Of a stretch of DNA of 32,000 nucleotides, positions 9,255-18,032 are shown piece after piece. A program made the translations under genes and the position numbers. Below the pieces are notes generated by a model. The model made no database searches and was not told the DNA's origin. It saw only the letters and a list, made by a program, of their open reading frames with translations. This DNA comes from Acutalibacteraceae bacterium (GTDB lineage Bacteria; Bacillota; Clostridia; Oscillospirales; Acutalibacteraceae), in assembly GCA_045631965.1 (NCBI GenBank), contig JAZQVR010000008.1, positions 95,879-127,878 on the forward strand. The letters run 5' to 3'. Each line of letters starts with the position of its first letter. The first letter of the stretch is position 1.

Positions 9255-9283
9255 ATTATAAACCCATAAGAAAAACAAATCAA
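9255..9283 (-). promoter_or_regulatory. Promoter of the three-small-gene operon
   Basis: Minus strand TTGATT-17 nt-TATAAT. Confidence 0.65.
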
Positions 9284-9301
9284 TGTGCGCAATGTGGTAA
9301 C

Positions 9302-9330
9302 AAAAATAGCCACACATCAATGTATGGCTA
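9302..9330 (-). terminator. Rho-independent terminator ending the SIR2-HAD operon
   Basis: Minus strand TAGCCA-tacattgatgtg-TGGCTA followed by tttttg. Confidence 0.6.
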
Positions 9331-9435
9331 AAAATATGTGTTTTCAATTATGTAAAAATGTGACGCAAGTAAAAAAATAAGTTGATAAAATTAACATATT
9401 TGTAACAGTGGCGTGACAATACGTAACAGAAAATA

Positions 9436-10464
9436 TTACAATATGAATTTTAATATTTGAGACAAGTCATTACATTCAACAATTGTATTATGCCAAACTG
9501 TGTCGTCATGATAATTTGTGTGGGTGGGATTAATGCACAATGTTTTTGCACCAGACTGATATGCCCAAGTGTCATTATTGGAGTTTCCAATAAAAAGGAT
9601 ATCCGATGTTGCAATTTCCAATCTCTCAGAAATATGTTTTATGTAATTTGCTTTGCCTTCAAAATCATATTCTGTTCCAATTATCTTGTGGAGAATGGAT
9701 GTATGCATATCAAAAACAAATTCGTTTGCCTCAATTTCAGAAAAAAAACTGTGGCAATTCCCCAAAACGTTTTCAATAATATCCATAATTGAACCAGAAA
9801 CAATATAAAGTTTAATATTTCTTTCTTTTATTATTTGTAATGTTTTTTTACAACCTTTAATTAACTTTATATTGTTAGCAAGCTTCAATACTTGCTGTCT
9901 TGTTAGATTTTTTGCGATAAACTTTTCAGCTGTTTTGTTACACCACTCTTGATGAGAAAAATCGCCCTTATCGTATTGTTGATGAAGAGATTGACATTCT
10001 TGGACGTCATACCCTAACATTTCCCACAAAGATTCCCAAGTCGTTCTTGATTTTGATTTAGTAAGAGTACCATCAAAATCAAATATTACAGCTTGAATAC
10101 ATCCAGTAGATTCATAACGATTTTGTGAATCGCTGAAATAGGGTGCTTTATTTTTTTCATTCACATAACACTCTTTTATGATAGCGCATATGTATCGTCC
10201 GATTTCATTAGATTTAACATCTTCAATATTATTCTTAAAAACATTTTGCACATTGATTAACAGCGTTTTTTGCTGAATTATGTTCAGTTTTTTTATCTCT
10301 TCTTCAAACAGCACGCACAGTGAATCAATGTCGTCAGGCATAGTTTGACGTTTGCTTGAATACTGTCTAACTGAAGGTATTCCCACATTAACTACTTTAG
10401 CAATAACATCATCACTTATACAACAATAATTTTTTACAAGTTTATATATTGAAGAAAAAAGCAT
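9436..10464 (-). CDS. HAD-superfamily (PSPase-like, subfamily IB) phosphatase with an N-terminal extension of about 130 aa, possibly HTH (342 aa)
   Basis: HAD motif I VIFDFDGTLT, motif II YIVSGS, motif III lysine in EGKANYIK, motif IV FIGNSNND. The start is uncertain (see the finding at 10440-10500). Confidence 0.75.
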   Translation of the reverse strand: MLFSSIYKLVKNYCCISDDVIAKVVNVGIPSVRQYSSKRQTMPDDIDSLCVLFEEEIKKLNIIQQKTLLINVQNVFKNNIEDVKSNEIGRYICAIIKECYVNEKNKAPYFSDSQNRYESTGCIQAVIFDFDGTLTKSKSRTTWESLWEMLGYDVQECQSLHQQYDKGDFSHQEWCNKTAEKFIAKNLTRQQVLKLANNIKLIKGCKKTLQIIKERNIKLYIVSGSIMDIIENVLGNCHSFFSEIEANEFVFDMHTSILHKIIGTEYDFEGKANYIKHISERLEIATSDILFIGNSNNDTWAYQSGAKTLCINPTHTNYHDDTVWHNTIVECNDLSQILKFIL

Positions 10465-10511
10465 TACGCCACTCTGACATCATTGATCACCTCTAATATG
10501 AATACAATAAA

Positions 10512-11990
10512 TCAATGCTCTTTAATTCTTTTTAGAATACTAGGAATTTCTTTGTAGTCATCTATCCATATAACATTAACACCAAGCTCACGATACATTG
10601 ATTCCTGAATTGATTCATTAACATTTTCAAATCTAATAAAATCTTCTGAATTTTCTGATGAGTTTAGTCTATTCCTTTTCATTATCACATAATGGTTTGA
10701 TACAACCTCACCTTCAATATGCTTTTGTGCACTGATTTCAAGTAACCGTCTCAAATTAGGATCTGTCATAGACAAACCAATAAATATACAAGTATTATTA
10801 ATCAAAAAATTAAGTTGAGTAATATTTGCCCAGTTATATGGTTCTAACATTAATTTGTGGTATCCTTCTTCCGAAAAAACCAACAATGATTTGGCTAAAT
10901 TTTTATACTCATTTTTATGTTTTGGCAAAAAGCCATGGACATGGTAAACTCCTAATTCATCATTTGATACTACCATACCTTCATTATAGATTGAGCTATA
11001 TTTCACTCGATTTTTTTGAAGATTCTGTTCAACCAAATCGTCAAAATTATAATTTATGATTGCTTGAATACCAGTTTTTCCTCTATTAGGAATGCACAAT
11101 TGAACAATTTCCTTCAGTAAATCAGATGAAACAACTGCATTTTCATACAATGTATCACTTAAAACTTTTTCAAATTCATTTGCAAATCCTTGTCTTAAAA
11201 ATCTTGCTTGTAATAGTGGTGACGCATTATTTTGCTCAATCAGTTTGTCAACAATTTCGCGCTTTGATGTATCGCTTATATTAACACCATTTTTAGACAG
11301 TTCATTATCAACAAGAGCAACAAATAATTTTGATACTAAAGTATTCCAAGTAGCTATACCCGCATCTTTAGATACTCCAGCACCTAAAAATAGTACAATA
11401 TTATCATTTTTATAATCATTAGCAAGTTTAGTTATATAGTCATCATTTTTATTTGTGTTTAATAATGTGTTTCGTATTCCTTGATTAATGGTGTCTTTTA
11501 CAAAAACTGTGTTAATATTTAAATATGTACTATTAAATAACTCGATATTTTTAGAAAAAATGTTAATTAAATCATCTATATTCCATAAAACTACATTGAA
11601 TTTTTGATCAAGCCGTATATTTTCGACATATTTATAGTGATTATTTGCAATTTCACCTACAAACACAATAATTAGGTTTTCAATATTTTCATTTGTAGAT
11701 ATATTTCTTTCAATAATTCTTCTAAGCATATGCAGTGAAGCAGATTGTGAACGATAAAATTTGAATTCAAAAACCGTCTTACCTACAAATTGATCAAAAC
11801 CTTCTGGTGCACAAGCATCATAATAATGCTTATCAACAACATGGGAGTGATCGAAAATAAAACTTTTCCCCTGACTTTCTATATAGTCTTTAAGCATTAT
11901 CGCTATTAATTTCTCTAAGGCCATATACGAATAGCGGATATTGCTATCGGTATTTAACAATTCTAATAATTTATTTTTTAATTCATTCAT
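10512..11990 (-). CDS. SIR2-like (SIR2_2 / ThsA-type) domain protein with an N-terminal PD-(D/E)xK-like module (492 aa)
   Basis: AGGTG lies 7 nt before the ATG at 11990 (MNELKNK). C-terminal half carries VLFLGAGVSKDAGIATWNTL, IINYNFDDLVEQ, GVYHVHGF and CIFIGLSMTDPNLRRLL. N-terminal part carries YDACAPEG...KTVFEFKFY (D...E-x-K). Confidence 0.75.
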   Translation of the reverse strand: MNELKNKLLELLNTDSNIRYSYMALEKLIAIMLKDYIESQGKSFIFDHSHVVDKHYYDACAPEGFDQFVGKTVFEFKFYRSQSASLHMLRRIIERNISTNENIENLIIVFVGEIANNHYKYVENIRLDQKFNVVLWNIDDLINIFSKNIELFNSTYLNINTVFVKDTINQGIRNTLLNTNKNDDYITKLANDYKNDNIVLFLGAGVSKDAGIATWNTLVSKLFVALVDNELSKNGVNISDTSKREIVDKLIEQNNASPLLQARFLRQGFANEFEKVLSDTLYENAVVSSDLLKEIVQLCIPNRGKTGIQAIINYNFDDLVEQNLQKNRVKYSSIYNEGMVVSNDELGVYHVHGFLPKHKNEYKNLAKSLLVFSEEGYHKLMLEPYNWANITQLNFLINNTCIFIGLSMTDPNLRRLLEISAQKHIEGEVVSNHYVIMKRNRLNSSENSEDFIRFENVNESIQESMYRELGVNVIWIDDYKEIPSILKRIKEH

Positions 11991-12234
11991 AATAAAACAC
12001 CTGTATTCTAATTTGTAATTTTGAATTTCATTTCTTATAAAAACTATAATTATAAACACAAACTAAATATAAGAATACTTTATTAAAGCAAATAGTTAAA
12101 TACGTAATACAAAAACGTGTCGTTTTTCGACAAAAATGCTTATTTTTCGACCTATTCATTTTATAATCCACACATTCGACAAAGTCTCCTTAAATTTGTA
12201 CAATGAAAATACAAAATTTAAAGGAGGACTTTTT

Positions 12235-12600
12235 ATGTCAAACAAAAATTTTATCAGTTATCGCCGAGTTGGAGATTTTAACATTCCAAACCTAACCATT
12301 CCACCCGAAGAAGCAACTATATCCCTCAGCAAATGGGGAATGATGTATAAAGATTATCTTGAAAAGCACAAGACTGCACTTTTCAACTCCCTTCTTATTC
12401 AAGGTAAGCTATATCAGCACTGTGCCGGGATAGAAAATCAGGCAACAGGTATGTTTGATACTCTCGTTGAGCAGATGAAGAAGGCTGAAGGTATAACTGA
12501 GCAACTAAAAGAAGAAAATCAAATGGAATGGATATGCCATATGCAAAATATTGAAGCAAGAGCACGGGAAATTGTTAATAGCGAAATTATATTCAATTAG
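12235..12600 (+). CDS. tnpV: TnpV-family transposon-associated protein (121 aa)
   Basis: AAGGAGG lies 7 nt before the ATG at 12235. Product MSNKNFISYRRVGDFNIPNLTIP...WGMMYKDYLEKHKTALFNSLLIQGKLYQHC matches the TnpV pattern remembered from Tn4451-type clostridial elements. Confidence 0.7.
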   Translation: MSNKNFISYRRVGDFNIPNLTIPPEEATISLSKWGMMYKDYLEKHKTALFNSLLIQGKLYQHCAGIENQATGMFDTLVEQMKKAEGITEQLKEENQMEWICHMQNIEARAREIVNSEIIFN

Positions 12601-12609
12601 CAAAATCGG

Positions 12610-12646
12610 CGGCAGGGTGAAAATTCCCTGCCGTCAATCATTTTTG
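12610..12646 (+). terminator. Terminator after tnpV
   Basis: CGGCAGGG-tgaaaatt-CCCTGCCG followed by tcaatcattttt. Confidence 0.7.
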
Positions 12647-12652
12647 TTCGGA

Positions 12653-12681
12653 TTGATTTTTTATGTAGAAAATAGTATAAT
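12653..12681 (+). promoter_or_regulatory. Promoter of the two-component operon
   Basis: TTGATT-17 nt-TATAAT. Confidence 0.6.
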
Positions 12682-12714
12682 TATTTTACAAACTTGCTGA
12701 AAGGAACTACTGCC

Positions 12715-13428
12715 ATGCTCAATATTGCTATTTGCGATGATGAACTGATTGAAATTGAATATCTGACATCGCTCACACAGGAGTGGGCAAAGGCAACCAA
12801 AACCGCCGTTAACATTTCGGACTTTGCGAGTGCGGAGGCGTTCCTTTTTAAGTATGAGGAAGACAAAAACTTCGATATTCTTCTGCTCGATATTCAGATG
12901 AATGCGATGGACGGCATTGAACTTGCAGAAAAAATCCGTGAAAACAACAACGGTGTACAGATTGTTTTCATAACCGGTTTTCCTGACTATATTTCACGTG
13001 GATATGATGTTTCAGCACTTCATTATCTGATTAAACCCGTTGAAAAGGAAAAGTTCTTTTCGGTTCTTTCAAAAGCATGTGATAATCTGAAAAAAGAAGA
13101 AAAGTTTATTCTAATTTCAGTTGATAACGAGAATCTTAAAATAAATCTAAAAGATATTATTTATATTGAAGCCTTCGGACATTCAAGCTGTGTTGTTTGC
13201 GAAAACGATGAATATAATGTTAAACTCCCAATTTCAGATATAGCCAAAATGCTTGACGGAAGTTTTACTCAATGTCATCGTTCATACATCGCAAATCTTT
13301 ATCACACTGCAAGGATTACAAAGACAGATGTAGTCTTTGATAATGGCAAAAGCATTCCTGTTTCAAGACGAATGTACAGCGATGTTAATATGGCTTTCAT
13401 CAATTTTTACAGAGGTATAAATCAATGA
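12715..13428 (+). CDS. LytTR/AgrA-family response regulator (237 aa)
   Basis: MLNIAICDDE...LLLDIQMNAMDGIELAEKIR receiver domain plus a C-terminal LytTR-like domain (FIEAFGHSSCV...CHRSYIANL). The ATG at 12715 follows AAAGGA. The track start at 12694 is a TTG. Confidence 0.85.
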   Translation: MLNIAICDDELIEIEYLTSLTQEWAKATKTAVNISDFASAEAFLFKYEEDKNFDILLLDIQMNAMDGIELAEKIRENNNGVQIVFITGFPDYISRGYDVSALHYLIKPVEKEKFFSVLSKACDNLKKEEKFILISVDNENLKINLKDIIYIEAFGHSSCVVCENDEYNVKLPISDIAKMLDGSFTQCHRSYIANLYHTARITKTDVVFDNGKSIPVSRRMYSDVNMAFINFYRGINQ

Positions 13429-14168
13429 ATTACTGGATTATTGCCGCAGCAGTTGCAGGTTTTTGGCTTGTAATTTTATTGGCTGTTGTGCTGACAAGAA
13501 GATATATCCGTAACTTTACGGATAAGCGTATAGCCGAATATCAGAACGACCTCATCACAAAGCATTGCGAGGAAGTTCAGAACATTTATAAAACAATGCG
13601 TGGTTGGCGTCACGATTATAAAAATCACATACAGGTTATGCGTGCATCTCTTGAAATGGGCAATCTTACCGAGCTTGGCAACTATCTTGGCGAACTCTCG
13701 GTTGATCTCAATACGGTTGATACTGTTGTTAAAACAGGTAATGTTATGGCAGATGCAATTCTCAACAGTAAACTTGCACTTTGCAAAGCAAGAAATATTC
13801 CTTATGAGGTTACTGCAACGATCCCGCAAGAGTGCAGTGTCAATGATGTTGAACTTTGCGTTATTATCGGCAATCTGCTTGATAATGCTATGGAAGCCTG
13901 TGAAAAAGTCGAGGATAAAACGAAGAGATTTATCCGGGTTTATATCGGAGTTTTCAAAGAACAGCTTTACATAAATGTGACTAACTCGATGATTGGTACT
14001 CCCGTTAAAAGAGGTAAGGCATATAAATCTTCAAAGGGCGAAAATCACGGGTTCGGACTTATGAGAGTTGACAGAATTGCTGATAAATATAACGGTTTTG
14101 TCAATCGTCAGTTTGAAGACGGAGTATTCGGTACGGAAATTATGTTGCCGTTCGTGCAAAGCAAATAA
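13425..14168 (+). CDS. AgrC/HPK10-type GHKL sensor histidine kinase with a single TM helix (247 aa)
   Basis: Overlaps the RR stop by 4 nt. Carries an N-terminal TM helix, an H-box WRHDYKNHIQV, an N-box IIGNLLDNAMEA and a G-box GENHGFGL. Confidence 0.8.
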   Translation: MNYWIIAAAVAGFWLVILLAVVLTRRYIRNFTDKRIAEYQNDLITKHCEEVQNIYKTMRGWRHDYKNHIQVMRASLEMGNLTELGNYLGELSVDLNTVDTVVKTGNVMADAILNSKLALCKARNIPYEVTATIPQECSVNDVELCVIIGNLLDNAMEACEKVEDKTKRFIRVYIGVFKEQLYINVTNSMIGTPVKRGKAYKSSKGENHGFGLMRVDRIADKYNGFVNRQFEDGVFGTEIMLPFVQSK

Positions 14169-14181
14169 CCATTCGTGCAAA
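14151..14181 (+). promoter_or_regulatory. Direct repeats TTCGTGCAAA x2 in 21-bp phasing (candidate LytTR boxes)
   Basis: Identical 10-mers at 14151-14160 and 14172-14181, start-to-start 21 bp, immediately upstream of the ABC genes. Confidence 0.3.
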
Positions 14182-14206
14182 AGCAACCTTTTTAGGTTGC
14201 TTTTTT
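14181..14206 (+). terminator. Hairpin plus T-run between the kinase and ABC genes
   Basis: AAGCAACCT-tttt-AGGTTGCTT followed by tttt. Confidence 0.55.
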
Positions 14207-14231
14207 GGTATGTTAATATTGGGTGATAAAT

Positions 14232-16049
14232 ATGGGTAAATCTAAAAAGAAGAAACGGTATAATCTGTTTCAAAATTTAAAATTCGTATTCAAGCATATT
14301 CATTCGTGGGATAAATGGGCTTTGCCCGTCTATTTCGCAAAAACTCCTGTTGATATTGTTTATTCGTTGGGACAGACCTATTTTGCTCCGATTATAATTG
14401 CACTTGTTGAAAGTGGCAAAAGCGTAGGGATTATTCTTGGCGTAACATTTTTGGTTAGCGGTATTCTTGCTTTATCCGCAAAGTACAATGAGCGATTTAA
14501 TGCCATAACAACGAATAAACGTCAAGATATCAGCAGACGATTTGATTTAATACTCGGCGAAAAGATTATGAGTATGGATTATGAAATCCTTGAGGGACCA
14601 GTTGGTAAAAATAAACTTCAAAAAGCCAAAAACTCTCTCGGCAACGAAGGCGTATATGTTTTTCTTGATTACTTATTTAAACTAATAACCGCTTTAGTTG
14701 GTTTCACAAGTTTTGTAATTATCATTTCAACACTCAATCCGTGGATTGTTGTTGTTCTCTTTATCTCCTTTGTATTACCCCTTTTAGCGGATTTGGTTGC
14801 CGATAAACTTGTAAACGGCACTAAAGACAAGAGAGCTGAAATAGACAGGCATCTCAACTATATGACCAAAAGCTCTCGTGATTTCTATATTGCAAAGGAT
14901 ATCAGACTTTACAATATGAGAGATTGTCTGCAAAGAATGAGCGAATATTTCATCGGCGAAAAGAAATTTTGGACAAACAAGGTTTATCTTTATTATTTCA
15001 TATCCGATGTTGTAAGAACGGTTATGGGGATTGTTGTCAGAGGCGGTGCATACGCATATCTGATTTATATGTGCCTTACCTCTGATATAAGCGGTTCCGA
15101 GCTTGTTCTCTACATCACATCAATTCTGACTTTCGGAACCTGGATTTCAAATCTTGGTATGAGCATTAACTCTGTTCATCAGCTTAATATCAGTATGTGT
15201 GATTACAGAGAATTTCTTGATATTGAGAACACAATGGAGAACGAAAACGGTCTGCCGATTCCAAGTGAACAACCTTATGACATAAAGATAAAAGATCTGA
15301 GTTTCACTTACCCCGGTAGTGAAAATGCTGTTTTACAAAATATAAACCTACATATCGCACCCTGCGAAAAGCTGGCTATTGTCGGCTTGAATGGTGCGGG
15401 TAAAACAACACTTGTTAAACTTCTTTGCGGCCTTTACAGACCGATTCATGGCGAAGTGCTTCTCAATAATACAAATATTTTTGAATTTAACAGAGATGAC
15501 TATTATTCTGTTATTTCCGCTGTTTTTCAAGACGCAAGGTTTATGCCGATAAGCATTGCTGAAAACATTTCAATGCAGCCTATTGAAAAATCAGACATTG
15601 CAAGAATTAACGATTGCGTCAAACTTGCAGGACTTTCAGACAAAATTGCAAGCCTCAAAAATGGTATTGAAACAAAGCTCGTGAAGAACGTAAATGATGA
15701 TGCTGAAGAACTTTCGGGCGGAGAAATGCAAAAACTCCTGCTTGCAAGGGCAATTTATAAAAATTCGCCGATAATTATTCTCGATGAACCTACTTCTGCA
15801 CTTGACCCGATTGCAGAAAATGAAATGTATCTGCGATATAGTGAGCTTACTGAGGGCAAGACTTCTGTCTATATTTCTCACAGACTTTCATCAACAAGAT
15901 TCTGCGACAGGATTATTCTTCTTGACAACAACACTATTGTTGAAACAGGAACTCACGATGAACTTATGGCTATCGGTGGCAAGTATGCCGAGATGTTCGC
16001 AATTCAAACCAAATACTACGAAAAGGCAGGTGAAAAGAATGAAGATTAA
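14232..16049 (+). CDS. ABC exporter, fused permease-ATPase, subunit 1 (605 aa)
   Basis: N-terminal TM domain. Walker A GLNGAGKTT, signature LSGGEMQK, Walker B IIILDEPTSALD, H-loop YISHRL. GGGTGA lies before the ATG at 14232. Confidence 0.9.
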   Translation: MGKSKKKKRYNLFQNLKFVFKHIHSWDKWALPVYFAKTPVDIVYSLGQTYFAPIIIALVESGKSVGIILGVTFLVSGILALSAKYNERFNAITTNKRQDISRRFDLILGEKIMSMDYEILEGPVGKNKLQKAKNSLGNEGVYVFLDYLFKLITALVGFTSFVIIISTLNPWIVVVLFISFVLPLLADLVADKLVNGTKDKRAEIDRHLNYMTKSSRDFYIAKDIRLYNMRDCLQRMSEYFIGEKKFWTNKVYLYYFISDVVRTVMGIVVRGGAYAYLIYMCLTSDISGSELVLYITSILTFGTWISNLGMSINSVHQLNISMCDYREFLDIENTMENENGLPIPSEQPYDIKIKDLSFTYPGSENAVLQNINLHIAPCEKLAIVGLNGAGKTTLVKLLCGLYRPIHGEVLLNNTNIFEFNRDDYYSVISAVFQDARFMPISIAENISMQPIEKSDIARINDCVKLAGLSDKIASLKNGIETKLVKNVNDDAEELSGGEMQKLLLARAIYKNSPIIILDEPTSALDPIAENEMYLRYSELTEGKTSVYISHRLSSTRFCDRIILLDNNTIVETGTHDELMAIGGKYAEMFAIQTKYYEKAGEKNED

Positions 16050-17913
16050 AAATCTTGTTGAAATTGTCAAAAAGGATTTTAACACCACAAAAAGAGCGAT
16101 AAAACTTATTCAGACCTTTACTCCGAATTATTTTCTCCATTCTTTTCTGTTTGCTTTTGATTTGGCAGCAGCACAGTTTATCGGATATTATCTTGCTGCT
16201 GAAATTACCGATGAAGTAACAGGTGGCAAAGATATAAATAAGATGGCTATAATGGTTGCGATTATGGTTATATCGGAGCTTGCACTGGTGCTTCTGAGTA
16301 AGTATTCGTGGCGAAGAATAAGGGTAAATGAAATCATTACTCAGCAATGGGAAGAAATCTATCTTAATAACAAAAGTTTCTCTATGGACTACAAGAATAT
16401 GGAAGACCCTGAAATAAGAGCCAAAAGGCAAGCTATTGTTGATAACCGTAATTTAGGTGGACTTGCATATCTTGTTTCAAGATTGTCACACATAATGCGT
16501 AATGTAATTAATATCGTATTCAGCATCATTATGGTTTCCGATATGTTTTTCAGACACTCCGACAAAACTTTAAGCGGAATAGTCGGTTTTGCTGATTCGT
16601 GGGTAGCATCTTTGTTGCTCGGCGTTGTAATAATGGTTTCATGTGTTGTTTCTTTTGTGAGTATTCACTTAGTTGAAAGCAACAATTACAAAATAAACAA
16701 GAAGATTTCTTCAGCAAAAAAGATATATTCTTATTATCTCGGTGATTATCTTGATGACAGTAAGGCCTGCAAGGATGTTCACATTTTCAATCAGCAAGAA
16801 CTTATCAATGATGCTTCGGATAAAATCCACTCAAACTGGATATCTTTAATTAAGGAAAAAACAGATTTTTGGAAGAAACACACTGAAAAAACAATTGTTC
16901 TTGAATATATCATACTCGGATTAATTTATACCTTTGTCGCCTTAAAAGCGATTGCCGGAACCTTTGGAATCGGTAGTTTTGTTAAATATGCAACCTGTAT
17001 TCAAAAGCTACTGTGGAACACAAACGATTTTGGTGCAATGCTTTCAAGAATGCATACACTCAACGAGTATATTGAAGATTTCTTTGAATATGTTGATATT
17101 CCCACCGAAATGCACTACGGCACTATTCCCACAGAAAAAAGAATGGATAACAAATATGACATTGAATTTCATAATGTCAGTTTTAAATATCCGAATACCG
17201 ATAAATATGCTATCAAAAATCTCAACCTTAAATTCAAGGTTGGTGACAGAATCGCAGTTGTCGGTATGAATGGTAGCGGTAAAACGACAATGATAAAATT
17301 GCTTTGTCGTCTATATGACCCGACAGAGGGATATATAACTCTCAATGGAATAGATATTCAGAAATACGATTATGAAGATTATCTGAAATTGTTTTCTGTT
17401 GTGTTCCAAGATTTCAAGTTGTTTTCATTTTCTGTTGCCGAAAATGTTGCAGCAAGTGTTGATTATGACGAAGAAAAGGTTTGGTCAGCACTTGAAAAAG
17501 CGGGTATGTTTGAAAGAGTACAGGCTATGCCGAAGGGACTCAAAACCCCCATTTACAAGGATTTTGAAGAAGACGGTGTTGAAATCTCCGGTGGTGAAGC
17601 ACAGAAGCTCGCTATCGCAAGAGCACTCTATAAAGATGCAGCCTTTGTCATCCTCGATGAACCAACCGCATCACTCGACCCCATTGCAGAACACGAAATA
17701 TATTCGCGTTTCAATGATATGGTTAAGGACAAAACAGCGGTTTATATCTCGCACCGTTTGTCATCCTGCCGCTTCTGTGACAGAATCCTTGTATTCGATA
17801 ACGGACAACTGATTCAGGATGGCTCTCACGAAAACCTTCTTGAAAACACTGGTGGAAAATACAGTGAACTTTGGAATGCTCAGGCACAGTATTACGCTGA
17901 AAATAAAGTATAA
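16039..17913 (+). CDS. ABC exporter, fused permease-ATPase, subunit 2 (624 aa)
   Basis: The ATG at 16039 (MKIKNLVEIV) overlaps the upstream stop, with AGGTGA upstream. Walker A GMNGSGKTT, ISGGEAQK, FVILDEPTASLD, YISHRL. The track start at 15784 is an out-of-context extension inside the upstream gene. Confidence 0.9.
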   Translation: MKIKNLVEIVKKDFNTTKRAIKLIQTFTPNYFLHSFLFAFDLAAAQFIGYYLAAEITDEVTGGKDINKMAIMVAIMVISELALVLLSKYSWRRIRVNEIITQQWEEIYLNNKSFSMDYKNMEDPEIRAKRQAIVDNRNLGGLAYLVSRLSHIMRNVINIVFSIIMVSDMFFRHSDKTLSGIVGFADSWVASLLLGVVIMVSCVVSFVSIHLVESNNYKINKKISSAKKIYSYYLGDYLDDSKACKDVHIFNQQELINDASDKIHSNWISLIKEKTDFWKKHTEKTIVLEYIILGLIYTFVALKAIAGTFGIGSFVKYATCIQKLLWNTNDFGAMLSRMHTLNEYIEDFFEYVDIPTEMHYGTIPTEKRMDNKYDIEFHNVSFKYPNTDKYAIKNLNLKFKVGDRIAVVGMNGSGKTTMIKLLCRLYDPTEGYITLNGIDIQKYDYEDYLKLFSVVFQDFKLFSFSVAENVAASVDYDEEKVWSALEKAGMFERVQAMPKGLKTPIYKDFEEDGVEISGGEAQKLAIARALYKDAAFVILDEPTASLDPIAEHEIYSRFNDMVKDKTAVYISHRLSSCRFCDRILVFDNGQLIQDGSHENLLENTGGKYSELWNAQAQYYAENKV

Positions 17914-17997
17914 AATCATAATAGAACATAAAACAGCAAGATGAATTTAATGAATACATAGGATGTATCTAAATTAATAATTAAATAAAAATCACAG

Positions 17998-18032
17998 CCC
18001 ACATCGTAGCATACAGCTAAGGTGCGGGTTTT
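17998..18032 (+). terminator. Imperfect hairpin plus TTTT after the ABC operon (inverted relative of the 21737 hairpin)
   Basis: CCCACATCGTAGC-ataca-GCTAAGGTGCGGG (13 positions, 2 mismatches) followed by tttt. Confidence 0.45.

Noticed and set aside
9457-13974. Track ORFs 9457..9792(+), 10826..11059(+), 12681..12866(-), 13476..13829(-) and 13600..13974(+).
   Set aside because: They are antisense or alternative-frame ORFs inside well-supported genes (HAD, SIR2, response regulator, kinase), with no SD and nonsense-like composition.
15784-16038. N-terminal 85-codon extension of the second ABC gene in the track ORF 15784..17913.
   Set aside because: It lies inside the first ABC gene in another frame. 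A good SD and ATG at 16039 give the typical MKIKNL start with stop/start overlap.
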